The notes: generated by a model not told the origin, from the letters alone. Shown: positions 44,122 through 53,821, counted from the first letter of the stretch. The stretch is 64,000 nucleotides of DNA from Gemmatimonadota bacterium (GCA_029262195.1 JAJCZX010000003.1:17499-81498); one strand, 5' to 3'. A program made the numbers and translations.

Positions 44122-45306
44122 ATGAGTCTTGAATTACCGGTCCTGAAGGAGAGACGCGCCGAACGGAAAAACGCGCCCCCTCCCACAGAAGATGTCAGAG
44201 AGAAGGTTTTCGAGATCGAAGCGCAAGGCGATTGGATTGTACATCGCGTTCCCGACGATCACGTTGAGGTTTTTACCAAATATGGACGGGTCAAGAAGAT
44301 TCCCCGGCAGAACCTCTGGCACCACAAGTCCTGTGGCCAATGCGGTCATATTCCCGGATACTCTACCGCCATTTTTTGGCTAATGCGAAAACTTGGTCTC
44401 GCGTATGAAGATCCCACCGACCAAACCTCCTGTACGGCCTGGAACTACTATGCCTCTGCGACTTCCAATGCGGCAGCCCAGGCGGGGGTAGCAATGAGGA
44501 ATTTTGGGGCGGCGTATGAAGCGGGGAACTACCCGTTGATCCATTGTGGTACGTCTTATGGTCACTATAAAGAAGTCCGCGAGGAGTTGATCCACGATCC
44601 TGAGCTTCGCAAGCAGGTGAAGGGAATAATGGAAAAGCTGGGCAAGCCCTTTGTCATGCCGGAAGAAATTGTTCACTACAGCGAGTGGGTGTACGCAATG
44701 CGTAGGGAGCTTGCCAACCTCAAAGTTCTCGACTTTTCGGACATCACCGCCACAGTTCACCCGGCCTGTCACTACCACAAGCTGGTGGTAGAAGATGCGA
44801 TATATGACCGGGACATCTACGATGGTCAGCGCACCGCCGTGGTAACCGCGGTGGTCGAAGCGCTGGGTGCCAATATCGGTGAGTATTCCACCTGGTACGA
44901 CTGCTGTGGTTTCGGGTTTCGACACATTCTGGTTGAACGCGATTTTACTCGCTCCTTTGCAATTGAACGCAAAATTGAAGTCATGAAAAAGGAAGCCAAT
45001 CCGGATGTGGTCCTGACACACGATACCGGTTGCGTGACAACCCTTGACCAGAGCCAGTTTGCCGGACGGGCGCATGACAGGGACGTGGGCATTCCCGTGC
45101 TCTCCGATGCGCAGTTCGCCGCTCTGGCAATGGGGGCCCACCCTTACAAAGTCTGCCAGTTACACTGGCACAATACCGACAACAAACCCTTGCTGGAAAA
45201 AATGGGAATAGACCACGAATCAAAATGGGCGGAGTTCGAAGAGGAACTCCGGATGATAGAAGCTGGTGAAAAGGAGTTTCTGACCTGGGAGGACGCCGAT
45301 GGCTAA
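44122..45306 (+). CDS. shdrB1: Heterodisulfide reductase-like subunit B1 (CCG domains)
   Basis: Cys-rich CCG-domain motifs (CGQCGH..., HPACHYH, WYDCCGFGF, TGCVTT). Confidence 0.8.
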   Translation: MSLELPVLKERRAERKNAPPPTEDVREKVFEIEAQGDWIVHRVPDDHVEVFTKYGRVKKIPRQNLWHHKSCGQCGHIPGYSTAIFWLMRKLGLAYEDPTDQTSCTAWNYYASATSNAAAQAGVAMRNFGAAYEAGNYPLIHCGTSYGHYKEVREELIHDPELRKQVKGIMEKLGKPFVMPEEIVHYSEWVYAMRRELANLKVLDFSDITATVHPACHYHKLVVEDAIYDRDIYDGQRTAVVTAVVEALGANIGEYSTWYDCCGFGFRHILVERDFTRSFAIERKIEVMKKEANPDVVLTHDTGCVTTLDQSQFAGRAHDRDVGIPVLSDAQFAALAMGAHPYKVCQLHWHNTDNKPLLEKMGIDHESKWAEFEEELRMIEAGEKEFLTWEDADG

Positions 45307-46348
45307 GGACGTATTGATCGTCGGCGGCGGGCCCGCCGGATTGCATGCCGCTCGCAACATCGCGGACATCGGAGGCAATGCGATTCTCGTTGAACAGCGT
45401 GATGTTCTGGGAGGGACACCCGACGAAGCCCGGTATGCTGCTCTGACTCCGCACCTCGAGTCGGCACAGGACGCGTTGGATGAGATGAGAGCTGCGGTTA
45501 TCGACCGGCCAGAAATCGATTTGCGATTGGGTTCCACCGTGCTCGAAAGCTCAGGTAAGGCTGGCGACTTCAAAGTTTCGGTCGCCAAAAATGGCGGAGA
45601 GGCTGAACAGCTCGATGTCGGGTCGGTGATCCTGACTACCGGGTTCCAACATTTTGATCCGGGTCGTGAGACTCAGATGTACGGTTATTACGAAAACCCT
45701 GACGTTATCACACTGGTCGACGCCGAGAAGATGTTGAGTAAGCACGAATTTGTGAGGCCGTCAAACGGGGAAAAGCCTGAACGGGTTGCGTTTATTCAGT
45801 GTGTTGGCTCGCGGGACCGTCGTCTTGGTAACGAGTACTGCTCCAAGGTTTGCTGCGGTATCGCATCGAAAGAGGCAATTGAAATACGGAAGCTGTTGCC
45901 CGACACCAAGGTTTACATCTTCTACATCGACATGAGGATGTATGGCTACTGGGAGAATCAGCTGTACTGGCCGGCGCAGGAGGAACACAATGTCATATAT
46001 GTGCGTGGGATCGTAACCGAAATTCTCAAACGGGGCGACCGTCTCCTTATGAAGGGCGAAGACACAACGATGGGTCGCCCTATGGAGGTGGAGATGGACG
46101 TCATTGTTCTGTCGGTTGGGATGGAGCCCAGCGCTGGCACCCGTGAGATGGCTCGTGTCTTTGATATAGAGAAGAACAAATACGGATTCATCCATACTCC
46201 GGGCGAACCGATGGATCCGGTAAGTACCTCCGTGCCGGGGGTTTATGTGGCTGGGGCTGCGGCTGGTCCCAAGGACATCGAGGACAGTATCGGGATGGCG
46301 AGTGCGGCTGCGATGAAAGCGCTGGCTATGGTTCGGTCGGCCGGGTGA
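45299..46348 (+). CDS. shdrA: Heterodisulfide reductase-like subunit A (FAD plus [4Fe-4S] flavoprotein)
   Basis: VLIVGGGPAGLHAA dinucleotide fold. HdrA cluster motif CVGSRD...YCSKVCC. 8-nt overlap with shdrB1. Confidence 0.85.
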   Translation: MAKDVLIVGGGPAGLHAARNIADIGGNAILVEQRDVLGGTPDEARYAALTPHLESAQDALDEMRAAVIDRPEIDLRLGSTVLESSGKAGDFKVSVAKNGGEAEQLDVGSVILTTGFQHFDPGRETQMYGYYENPDVITLVDAEKMLSKHEFVRPSNGEKPERVAFIQCVGSRDRRLGNEYCSKVCCGIASKEAIEIRKLLPDTKVYIFYIDMRMYGYWENQLYWPAQEEHNVIYVRGIVTEILKRGDRLLMKGEDTTMGRPMEVEMDVIVLSVGMEPSAGTREMARVFDIEKNKYGFIHTPGEPMDPVSTSVPGVYVAGAAAGPKDIEDSIGMASAAAMKALAMVRSAG

Positions 46349-47103
46349 CACAGGTGACTGATTCTGGCACCCGGGTTCTCGACGCGCCCAGCGCAGTCGA
46401 GTTCATGCGTGAGGCGCTTGTCAAAATTTCCGAATCGGAAATTGCCGAGGTTGCATCCCAACTAGAGCAACGTAGAGATCTGTTGTTTCCCATGCTCGAG
46501 CGGGTCATCGATGGGCGTGGAAGCGTCGGAGATCTATCGACGTTGTGGCGTGGCGTCTTTGTTACGCGGAGAACAGCCACCGACCTATCAGCTTCCCGCA
46601 CGATGGAGAGTTGGGCGGAAAGTTTGCGCGAGCTGGTAAAGGGCCAGGATGATTTGCCGGTTCGGTTCAGTCGTTTCGATGCCGCATTACACCAACATGA
46701 AGAGTCCTTTCGACGCGACCTGGCCGGCGAGATGCTCAGGCTTTTTGACCCCGATGAATACTGGCTGTGGTCACGTTGGATGTGGAATGAAAAAACCGAT
46801 ACCGGGTCTCTTCCGCTTGTACTGGCGGAGGGGTTTGATCTCTCAGGGGACACTGCGGGAGAGATTTACCTGAAAGTCGGTGACGCTACGAAAGTTGTGA
46901 TAGATACCGCAAGCGAGATTGGTTTTGCCGGCATGAAGGCCAACTGCTACGCGGTCGACGTTTATCTCTGCGCCATTTATGGCATTTACCTCTACACCGT
47001 AACCCGTATGCGAATGACACAGGAGTTCAATCGGGTGATTCCCAAACTACCGGAGTTGGTTCGCCGTATGCTGGGTGTCCATCGCCTTGAGGTGGGATCG
47101 TGA
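46345..47103 (+). CDS. shdrH: sHdrH-position protein, function unknown
   Basis: 252 aa with no cofactor motifs. GTGA overlaps on both sides (with shdrA and with the HdrC/B fusion). Confidence 0.6.
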   Translation: MTQVTDSGTRVLDAPSAVEFMREALVKISESEIAEVASQLEQRRDLLFPMLERVIDGRGSVGDLSTLWRGVFVTRRTATDLSASRTMESWAESLRELVKGQDDLPVRFSRFDAALHQHEESFRRDLAGEMLRLFDPDEYWLWSRWMWNEKTDTGSLPLVLAEGFDLSGDTAGEIYLKVGDATKVVIDTASEIGFAGMKANCYAVDVYLCAIYGIYLYTVTRMRMTQEFNRVIPKLPELVRRMLGVHRLEVGS

Positions 47104-48380
47104 GTCGCGTCGATAAAACCGAGGGCTCAATTGAAAAAGCCGAAGCCGTAGTTGACGGAGTTGATATTTCCGGACACTGGAACCGGATGTTGGAGCCCCG
47201 CTGGATCACTGATTACCCAACGGAGGCGATGGACTGGGTGACGAGCCTGGATGGGGGCGAATCCCTCAGAGCCTGCTACCAGTGTGCCAAGTGCGTGCCC
47301 GTTTGCCCTGTCGAACATGTTGGCTCTTACGGGCCACGGAAGCTCATGCGGAAGGTGCAACTCGGGAACAACCTCATGGAGGACCCTGACCTATGGTTGT
47401 GTACTTCGTGTGCGGCGTGTTTGCGGGTGTGTCCCAAAGAAGTGGACATGCTTCAGATAATGCCTGCGATCAGAGAGCAAGCGGTCCTCGAAGGTCATGT
47501 TCCCCCGGAATTGGCTAAGGCGTTTGAAAACATGGGGAGGCACGGTAACCCTCTGGGCCAACCGTCGCGCAAGCGTATTGCCTGGACCAAAGGTTTTGAT
47601 GTCGAAGTTCCAATCATGTCCAAGATCAAACGCAAGGTTGACGTGCTCTGGTATGTCTCGGACTACACGTCTTACCATCCCCGCGGCCACGATGCAGCCA
47701 GAGCTATGGCCCGTGTGCTCACGCGACTGGGAATTGATTTTGCCATACTTGGCCAGGAAGAAAAATGCGACGGAGATTCCCCACGCGTCGCCGGAGAGAA
47801 GGGGTTGTTCGAAATGCTGGCGGAAGAGAATATCGCCACCTTCGACAAGTATGAGTTTGACAGGCTAGTCGTCATGGACCCGCATGCGTACAACGCTTTT
47901 AAGAACCATTATCCTGCACTGGGTGGGGATTACAACGTTTTGCACTACACTCAACTTCTGGTCGACTATATCGACAGGATGGAGTTCAGCGAAACTTTGG
48001 ACATGGAAGTCACTTTCCACGATCCATGCTATCTGGGTCGTCACAACGGAGAGTACGAGGCGCCACGGAAACTTCTTGAGGCTATACCGGGAGTGAAACT
48101 CACGGAGATGCCGCACTACAAGGCCACCGGTTTTTGTTGCGGTGGTGGCGGCGGAGGAATGTGGTTGGACGGGTTTGCTGCCGATCACCAGAGTGAGCGA
48201 CTGAGCGAGCGAAGGGTGAAGGAAGCTGTCGAAGTAGGTGCTCAGACGCTCGCCGTGACCTGTCCTTACGAGCCCTCCCGTTTCGAAGACGCAGTCAAAA
48301 GCACAGGCAACGACGGAAGCCTTGAAGTTGCGGATATCATCGAACTATTAGACAGAGCCATGGGGCTCTCGGAGTCGTAG
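47100..48380 (+). CDS. shdrB3: HdrC-HdrB fusion protein (sHdrB3-type; two [4Fe-4S] motifs plus two CCG domains)
   Basis: CYQCAKCVPVCP and CTSCAACLRVCP, then FHDPCYLGR and GFCCGGGGG. Collinear with the soluble part of the Emo-like protein. Confidence 0.75.
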   Translation: MSRVDKTEGSIEKAEAVVDGVDISGHWNRMLEPRWITDYPTEAMDWVTSLDGGESLRACYQCAKCVPVCPVEHVGSYGPRKLMRKVQLGNNLMEDPDLWLCTSCAACLRVCPKEVDMLQIMPAIREQAVLEGHVPPELAKAFENMGRHGNPLGQPSRKRIAWTKGFDVEVPIMSKIKRKVDVLWYVSDYTSYHPRGHDAARAMARVLTRLGIDFAILGQEEKCDGDSPRVAGEKGLFEMLAEENIATFDKYEFDRLVVMDPHAYNAFKNHYPALGGDYNVLHYTQLLVDYIDRMEFSETLDMEVTFHDPCYLGRHNGEYEAPRKLLEAIPGVKLTEMPHYKATGFCCGGGGGGMWLDGFAADHQSERLSERRVKEAVEVGAQTLAVTCPYEPSRFEDAVKSTGNDGSLEVADIIELLDRAMGLSES

Positions 48381-48383
48381 CAG

Positions 48384-49154
48384 ATGAACATAGTGGTTTT
48401 AGTAAAACAGGTGCCCGACCTGGCGGAGGAGTTTGAGGTCAACTCTGACGGAACCGAGTTGGACGAAGATTGTCTTTCCTGGGTTCTTAACGAATTTGAC
48501 GATCACGCTCTTGAGGAGGCCCTCCACCTGAAGGAAGAGACCGGCGGTTCGGTCACGGTTCTGGCGCCGGGTTTTGAAGGAGTTGAAGACGTTCTGTTCA
48601 CGTGCCTGGCCAAGGGCGCCTCGAAAGTTGTGAAGGTCGGCGACTTCGACGTCAGTCCTGACTCCCATTCAATTGCCGCCGTGATGGCGAAGGCTCTTGG
48701 CGAGATTGCTCACGATGTCGTGTTAACCGGTGTCCAATCGGTGGCTGATCTCGATGGTCAGGTTGGCCCTCTTCTGGGGGCTAATCTTGGGATTCCTCAC
48801 GTGAGTGTCGTTACACACGTTTCAATAAACTCCGCTGCCAAAACTGCCACGATCAATCAAGAGTATGCCGGTGGAGTCCTTGGCGAGTTTGAGGTGAGTC
48901 TTCCGGCTGTGCTGGGAATCCAGGCGGCCCGAGAACTGCCGCGCTATGCCCCGGTGAGTCGGGTACGACAGCTGATGAAGACCGAGACTATCGATGAGGT
49001 CGCGTGTGATGTCGGGATGGGTGGTGGGCTGGTGGTCAAGAAAATGTCACCACCCGAAGTGGTAGGGCATGCGGAGATGATTGAAGGGGACGAGGACGAA
49101 GTGAGCGAAAAAATTGTCGCGATTCTTGGCGACGCCGGCCTGATAAATAAGTGA
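48384..49154 (+). CDS. etfB: Electron transfer flavoprotein beta subunit
   Basis: MNIVVLVKQVPD... EtfB N-terminus and a C-terminal PRYAP...IR arm. Confidence 0.9.
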   Translation: MNIVVLVKQVPDLAEEFEVNSDGTELDEDCLSWVLNEFDDHALEEALHLKEETGGSVTVLAPGFEGVEDVLFTCLAKGASKVVKVGDFDVSPDSHSIAAVMAKALGEIAHDVVLTGVQSVADLDGQVGPLLGANLGIPHVSVVTHVSINSAAKTATINQEYAGGVLGEFEVSLPAVLGIQAARELPRYAPVSRVRQLMKTETIDEVACDVGMGGGLVVKKMSPPEVVGHAEMIEGDEDEVSEKIVAILGDAGLINK

Positions 49155-50131
49155 GCCCTGAGATGAGCAACGATATTTTTGTTCTGATTGAACACAGAGA
49201 TGGCAAGGTTAGTGAGAACGCGTACGAGCTTTTAGGTAAGGCTCGTTCCCTGGCTGCCGCCGCCGGGGGGTCCGTCACGGCTCTCGTACTGGGCCAGGGC
49301 GTTGGAAACATGGCATCCAGTTTGGGCGCGGCGAACAAAGTACTGGCCGTCGAAGGCGATTCGGTTGCGCAGTTTACGCCAACGGGTTATGTGAATGCCC
49401 TTACACCGATAGTCGAAACCGGTAATCCTTTACTTACGCTGGTGCCAAACACCGCGGTGGGAATCGACGTTGCAGCGGGGTTGTCTGCTGCATTGAAACT
49501 TCCGCTGGCGTCATACGCAATCGGGATTGAGATCGCAGACGGTTTGCCCTCGATTGTGTGTCAGACACTGGGCGGAAAGATCAATACCGAAGTTGGGTTT
49601 ACCGTTGGCCGAGGAATTGTTGCGGTAAATGGTGGCGCGTTTGCGGCTGACGACGGGCGCATCGAAGGTCAACCGTTAGTGGAGACTCTGTCTGCATCCG
49701 GTGATGCTGCAGGCGTCGTGTTCAAGAGATTCATCGAGCCGGAATCAGGCGATGTCGATATTACGAAGGAAGACATCCTGATTTCTGTTGGGCGTGGCAT
49801 CGAAGAGAAGGACAACATCGAACTCGCCGAAGAGCTTGCCGAAGCGATGGGTGGAGCGGTGTGTGCTTCCCGCCCGGTAGTCGACGCAGGTTGGTTGCCC
49901 AAGAGCAGGCAGGTAGGAAAATCCGGTCAAACCGTCAAGCCGAAACTGTATGTGGCTGTAGGAATAAGCGGGGCTCCTGAACACCTCGAAGGAATGAGAG
50001 ATGCTGAATTGGTCATCGCCATTAACTCCGATGCGTCGGCTCCGATATTCGGTGCAGCGCATTACGGGGTGGTTGGGGATCTATTCGATATCCTCCCGGC
50101 GCTGACCGAGAAAATCGGGGAGGCTGGCTAA
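49151..50131 (+). CDS. etfA: Electron transfer flavoprotein alpha subunit
   Basis: IFVLIEH N-terminus. FAD-binding C-terminal motifs (SRPVVDAGW, QVGKSGQTVKP.LYVAVGISGA.EH). GTGA overlap with etfB; an alternative ATG lies at 49163. Confidence 0.9.
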   Translation: MSPEMSNDIFVLIEHRDGKVSENAYELLGKARSLAAAAGGSVTALVLGQGVGNMASSLGAANKVLAVEGDSVAQFTPTGYVNALTPIVETGNPLLTLVPNTAVGIDVAAGLSAALKLPLASYAIGIEIADGLPSIVCQTLGGKINTEVGFTVGRGIVAVNGGAFAADDGRIEGQPLVETLSASGDAAGVVFKRFIEPESGDVDITKEDILISVGRGIEEKDNIELAEELAEAMGGAVCASRPVVDAGWLPKSRQVGKSGQTVKPKLYVAVGISGAPEHLEGMRDAELVIAINSDASAPIFGAAHYGVVGDLFDILPALTEKIGEAG

Positions 50132-50132
50132 G

Positions 50133-52274
50133 GTGATAACGGCGGTGCAGCAGGAAGTTACTCGCGAAGTTTTTCTTAACTTCTCGACCACCGCCAAGGT
50201 CGTTTTCTACGTTGTCGCGAACGCGGCCATTATCGTTTTTTTCTGGGGCTCCTGGCTCAAGGTCCGAAAGTACAGGCGCGGGTTACCGGATAATCGGTTT
50301 CAGTTCCTGTTCAGGAGACTGGCTACTGCGGGATCCCAGTACGTTGCCAACAGGACCGTAGCCAGGCGCAACCCGATTGTGGGGTTGTCCCACAGCCTGA
50401 TTGTCTGGGGTTTCCTGGCGTTATTTATTGGCACCGTAATCCTCACTATTGACGAAGACATCCTGGGAATAATCCTACCTCAGTACCAGTTCTTCCACGG
50501 CGCTTTCTATCGCTGGTACTCGGTAGTCCTGGACGTACTCGGTGTGGGCTTCCTGATCGGGCTTGTCGCGATGGGCGTGAGACGGGGGTTCGCCAGGCCG
50601 AAAGCTCTGGATTATTCGAGAGTTGACCGTTCCCAAAATGAAACCAGTCGAGGTGGCTTCAAACGCGGCGATTGGCTCTTCCTGGGGCTCCTCTTCTTCA
50701 TTGGCGTCACCGGATATCTACTTGAAGGGTTCCGCATTGCTGGAACCGGGTTCCCAGAGTTTGAAAGATGGTCTCCGGTGGGTTGGTGGCTTGCCGGGGT
50801 TTTTCAGGGATTCGGATGGGTGGGCGATGCAGGGCTGGATGCTCACAAGGTCACCTGGTGGGTCCACGGTGCCGCAGCGCTTGGTTTCGTAGGGTACATA
50901 CCCTACTCCAAGGCGATTCACGTCGTCGTCGATTCGCTTAATATCGCCTTCAAAGATCCGCTGGCTGGAAAACGGTTGCCCGCGGCTGCTGAGGGGGCCG
51001 ACCACCTTGGCCAGAGGGACCTCGGCGACTTCACGTGGAAACAACTACTGGACTTCGACGCCTGCACCAAGTGCGGTAGATGTCATGTGGTGTGTCCGGC
51101 CCGGCTTGCCGGGGCTCCACTGTCGCCTCGCGATCTGATTCTCGATATGCGCCAGCACGCGGATGCGTCACTCGCGTTCCTGGCTCCCGGACATGAAAAA
51201 CTTGCCAACCCCGGATTCGGGGATGCGACTGCAATGATTCCAGGTTCAGTGATTGGAGCCGACACACTCTGGGCCTGCACCACATGTTTGGCCTGTGTGG
51301 AGGCCTGTCCGGTCGGTATTGAGCACGTGCCAACCATAGTTGGTATGCGCCGCAACCTTGTCGACCAGGGTGAAATTGAGTCGATGCTTCAGTCGACGCT
51401 TGAAAACTTCGGAAAAAAGGGCAACTCGTTCGGCAAATCAGGTCGGATGAGGGCCAGGTGGGCGAAAAGTCTTCCTTTCAAGATCAAAGACGCGCGCAAG
51501 GAACCTGTCGACGTTTTGTGGTTTGTGGGTGACTATGCGGCGTTCGATGAAACGGTTCAAGAAACAACACTAAAAGTTGCGCGGGTCTTTGACGCGGCCG
51601 GTTTGAATTTTGGAATTTTGTATGAAGGAGAGCAGAACGCGGGTAATGATGTAAGGCGCGCCGGAGAAGAGGGTCTTTTTGAGATGCTCGCAGAACACAA
51701 TATCGCTGAGTTGGAAAAGGCTGATTTCAAGGAAATCGTCACGACGGACCCCCATTCTCTCAACGCTCTGCGGAACGAATACCCCGAACTCGGAGCGTCT
51801 TATCCGACCGTTCACTACACCGAACTCCTTGTTCGCCTGATCGAAAACGGATCCATCAAGATTGCGAACCCAATGGGTCGCAGAGTAACCTACCACGACC
51901 CGTGCTACCTTGGTCGTTATAACGACGTTACCGAAGCTCCACGCACCTTGATGGCGCTGTGCGGATCGACTGTCGTCGAAATGCCACGGCATGGGAAGAA
52001 TTCATTTTGCTGCGGTGCGGGTGGTGGGCGGATCTGGATGGATGACAGTGCTCTGGAAGAACGCCCCAGCGAAAACAGGATTAAGGAGGCAGCGGAGCTT
52101 ACAGGAATAACGGATTTCGTGGTCGCCTGCCCAAAGGACATGTCCATGTTTAGAGCGGCGGCCAGCACAACCGGTCTGGATTCAAAACTTCAGGTCACCG
52201 ATGTAATCGATCTCGTCGTGGAAGCGATGGGGTTGGACCTCTCGGACTCCGATGACAAAGAGCAAGAAGGGTAG
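50133..52274 (+). CDS. emo: Membrane-bound Etf:quinone oxidoreductase-like FeS protein (Emo/DUF224 type: NarI/DsrM-like TM domain, 2x[4Fe-4S], CCG domains)
   Basis: About five N-terminal TM helices with conserved His residues. CTKCGRCHVVCP and CTTCLACVEACP. YHDPCYLGR and FCCGAGGG. Confidence 0.75.
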   Translation: MITAVQQEVTREVFLNFSTTAKVVFYVVANAAIIVFFWGSWLKVRKYRRGLPDNRFQFLFRRLATAGSQYVANRTVARRNPIVGLSHSLIVWGFLALFIGTVILTIDEDILGIILPQYQFFHGAFYRWYSVVLDVLGVGFLIGLVAMGVRRGFARPKALDYSRVDRSQNETSRGGFKRGDWLFLGLLFFIGVTGYLLEGFRIAGTGFPEFERWSPVGWWLAGVFQGFGWVGDAGLDAHKVTWWVHGAAALGFVGYIPYSKAIHVVVDSLNIAFKDPLAGKRLPAAAEGADHLGQRDLGDFTWKQLLDFDACTKCGRCHVVCPARLAGAPLSPRDLILDMRQHADASLAFLAPGHEKLANPGFGDATAMIPGSVIGADTLWACTTCLACVEACPVGIEHVPTIVGMRRNLVDQGEIESMLQSTLENFGKKGNSFGKSGRMRARWAKSLPFKIKDARKEPVDVLWFVGDYAAFDETVQETTLKVARVFDAAGLNFGILYEGEQNAGNDVRRAGEEGLFEMLAEHNIAELEKADFKEIVTTDPHSLNALRNEYPELGASYPTVHYTELLVRLIENGSIKIANPMGRRVTYHDPCYLGRYNDVTEAPRTLMALCGSTVVEMPRHGKNSFCCGAGGGRIWMDDSALEERPSENRIKEAAELTGITDFVVACPKDMSMFRAAASTTGLDSKLQVTDVIDLVVEAMGLDLSDSDDKEQEG

Positions 52275-52280
52275 GCAAAG

Positions 52281-52718
52281 ATGGGCGATGCACGCGGCTG
52301 TAATATTCCCGAAGATCGTTATTACTGGGTAGAGAAGCACGTTTGGGTGAAAGAAGACCAAGGCGGCGTGTTTCTAGTTGGCATGACTGATGTCGCCCAG
52401 AACATGGCGAGTGCACTCGTTGCGGTGACTCCCAAACGGGCAGGCCGGTCGATAACCAAAGGGAAGAGTGTTGCGACGGTCGAAAGTGGTAAGTGGGTGG
52501 GCCCAATTCCCGCCCCGGTAAGCGGTGAAATCGTTGAGATCAATGAGGCCTTGAAAGCCGATCCCGGTATCGCTAATCGCGATCCCTACGGGGAAGGTTG
52601 GGTGGTGAAATTCAAACCTGATGATTGGGCCGGTGAGGGTGTTGGATTACCGACTGGTGCAGAGGCCGTTACCGCATACGATGCGTTCCTTGAGCAAGAG
52701 GGAATAAGCTGCGAGTAG
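52281..52718 (+). CDS. lbpA: GcvH-like lipoate-binding protein (LbpA)
   Basis: Lipoyl-lysine context ATVESGKWVGPIPAPVSGEIVEIN. Confidence 0.8.
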   Translation: MGDARGCNIPEDRYYWVEKHVWVKEDQGGVFLVGMTDVAQNMASALVAVTPKRAGRSITKGKSVATVESGKWVGPIPAPVSGEIVEINEALKADPGIANRDPYGEGWVVKFKPDDWAGEGVGLPTGAEAVTAYDAFLEQEGISCE

Positions 52719-52728
52719 GACGCTTTTA

Positions 52729-53181
52729 GTGTCGGTGTGGCGCGGGTGCGATATCCCGGAAGATCTTTGGTACGACATTGATCGTGACGTTTGGATCCGT
52801 GTGGAAGGCGATGGGACGGTTACTGTGGGAATGACGGACCCGGCGCAAACGCGGTGCGGAATGCTGGTGCACCTGCAGATCAAGCGACCGGGTCGAAAAG
52901 TGGTGAGAGGGCGGAGCATTGCGACTGCGGAGAGTGCCAAGTGGGTTGGGCCGTTTCCGGCACCGGTGTCCGGAGAGATTGTTGGGACGAATCAGACCGC
53001 GTTTGACGACGATGTTCGGATAGCGAATAAGGACCCCTACGGGGGCGGCTGGATAGCCCGGCTTCTCCCGGACGACTGGGCAGGTGAAGTTGAGCAGCTG
53101 TCGACGGGAAAAGATGCTGTGGAGAAGTACAAGCAACGAATCGAAGCGATCGGCGTTAACTGCATGAGGTGCGCCGAGTAG
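52729..53181 (+). CDS. lbpA: GcvH-like lipoate-binding protein (LbpA), tandem paralog
   Basis: Lipoyl-lysine context ATAESAKWVGPFPAPVSGEIVGTN. Confidence 0.8.
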   Translation: MSVWRGCDIPEDLWYDIDRDVWIRVEGDGTVTVGMTDPAQTRCGMLVHLQIKRPGRKVVRGRSIATAESAKWVGPFPAPVSGEIVGTNQTAFDDDVRIANKDPYGGGWIARLLPDDWAGEVEQLSTGKDAVEKYKQRIEAIGVNCMRCAE

Positions 53182-53206
53182 GATTCGAGATTGAAAGGAG
53201 CAGGTT

Positions 53207-53782
53207 ATGGGCAGCACGATTGATGGCCGAGGTGCTATTACTGCCGAGATGGAAGAGTTGATCGCACAGAAGGTGGCTGAGGCGATTGCCGCGAAGGAAG
53301 CGGAAAAGGCTGACGCACCGAAAAAGATGACGATCATTGCGACAAAGGGTACGCTGGACTGGGCCTACCCTCCTCTAATTTTGGCCTCTACCACGGCTGC
53401 TCTGGGCTGGGAGGTCGGGATCTTCTTTACCTTCTACGGTTTGAACATCATTCACAAAAAGAAGATCAAGAAACTGGCAGTAGCCCCTCTGGGAAATCCA
53501 GCCATGCCAATGCCTGTGCCAAACATCATAGGGGCGATCCCTGGGATGACTGCGGTGGGCACGGCAGTGATGAAGAAAATGTTCAAGAGCCACGGAGTTG
53601 CGTCTATTGAAGAACTCCTGGAAATGTGCATCGACCTTGACGTGAAGTTGTTCCCATGTGGCATGACCATCGAAGTGTTTGGATATGACCCCAAGGATTT
53701 CGTTGACGGAATCGAGCCTCTCTGCGGGGCGGCGCATTTCGTCGAATATGCGGCTGACGCGGATGTTTCGCTGTTTATCTGA
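53207..53782 (+). CDS. dsrE: DsrE/DsrF-like family protein (DsrE3-type) with an N-terminal charged extension
   Basis: MTIIATKGTLDWAYPPLILAS...IFFTFYG core. Conserved Cys in KLFPCGMT. Confidence 0.7.
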   Translation: MGSTIDGRGAITAEMEELIAQKVAEAIAAKEAEKADAPKKMTIIATKGTLDWAYPPLILASTTAALGWEVGIFFTFYGLNIIHKKKIKKLAVAPLGNPAMPMPVPNIIGAIPGMTAVGTAVMKKMFKSHGVASIEELLEMCIDLDVKLFPCGMTIEVFGYDPKDFVDGIEPLCGAAHFVEYAADADVSLFI

Positions 53783-53821
53783 TAAAAGTTAGAAGTCAGA
53801 AAGTTCACCGACCTAAAGGGC

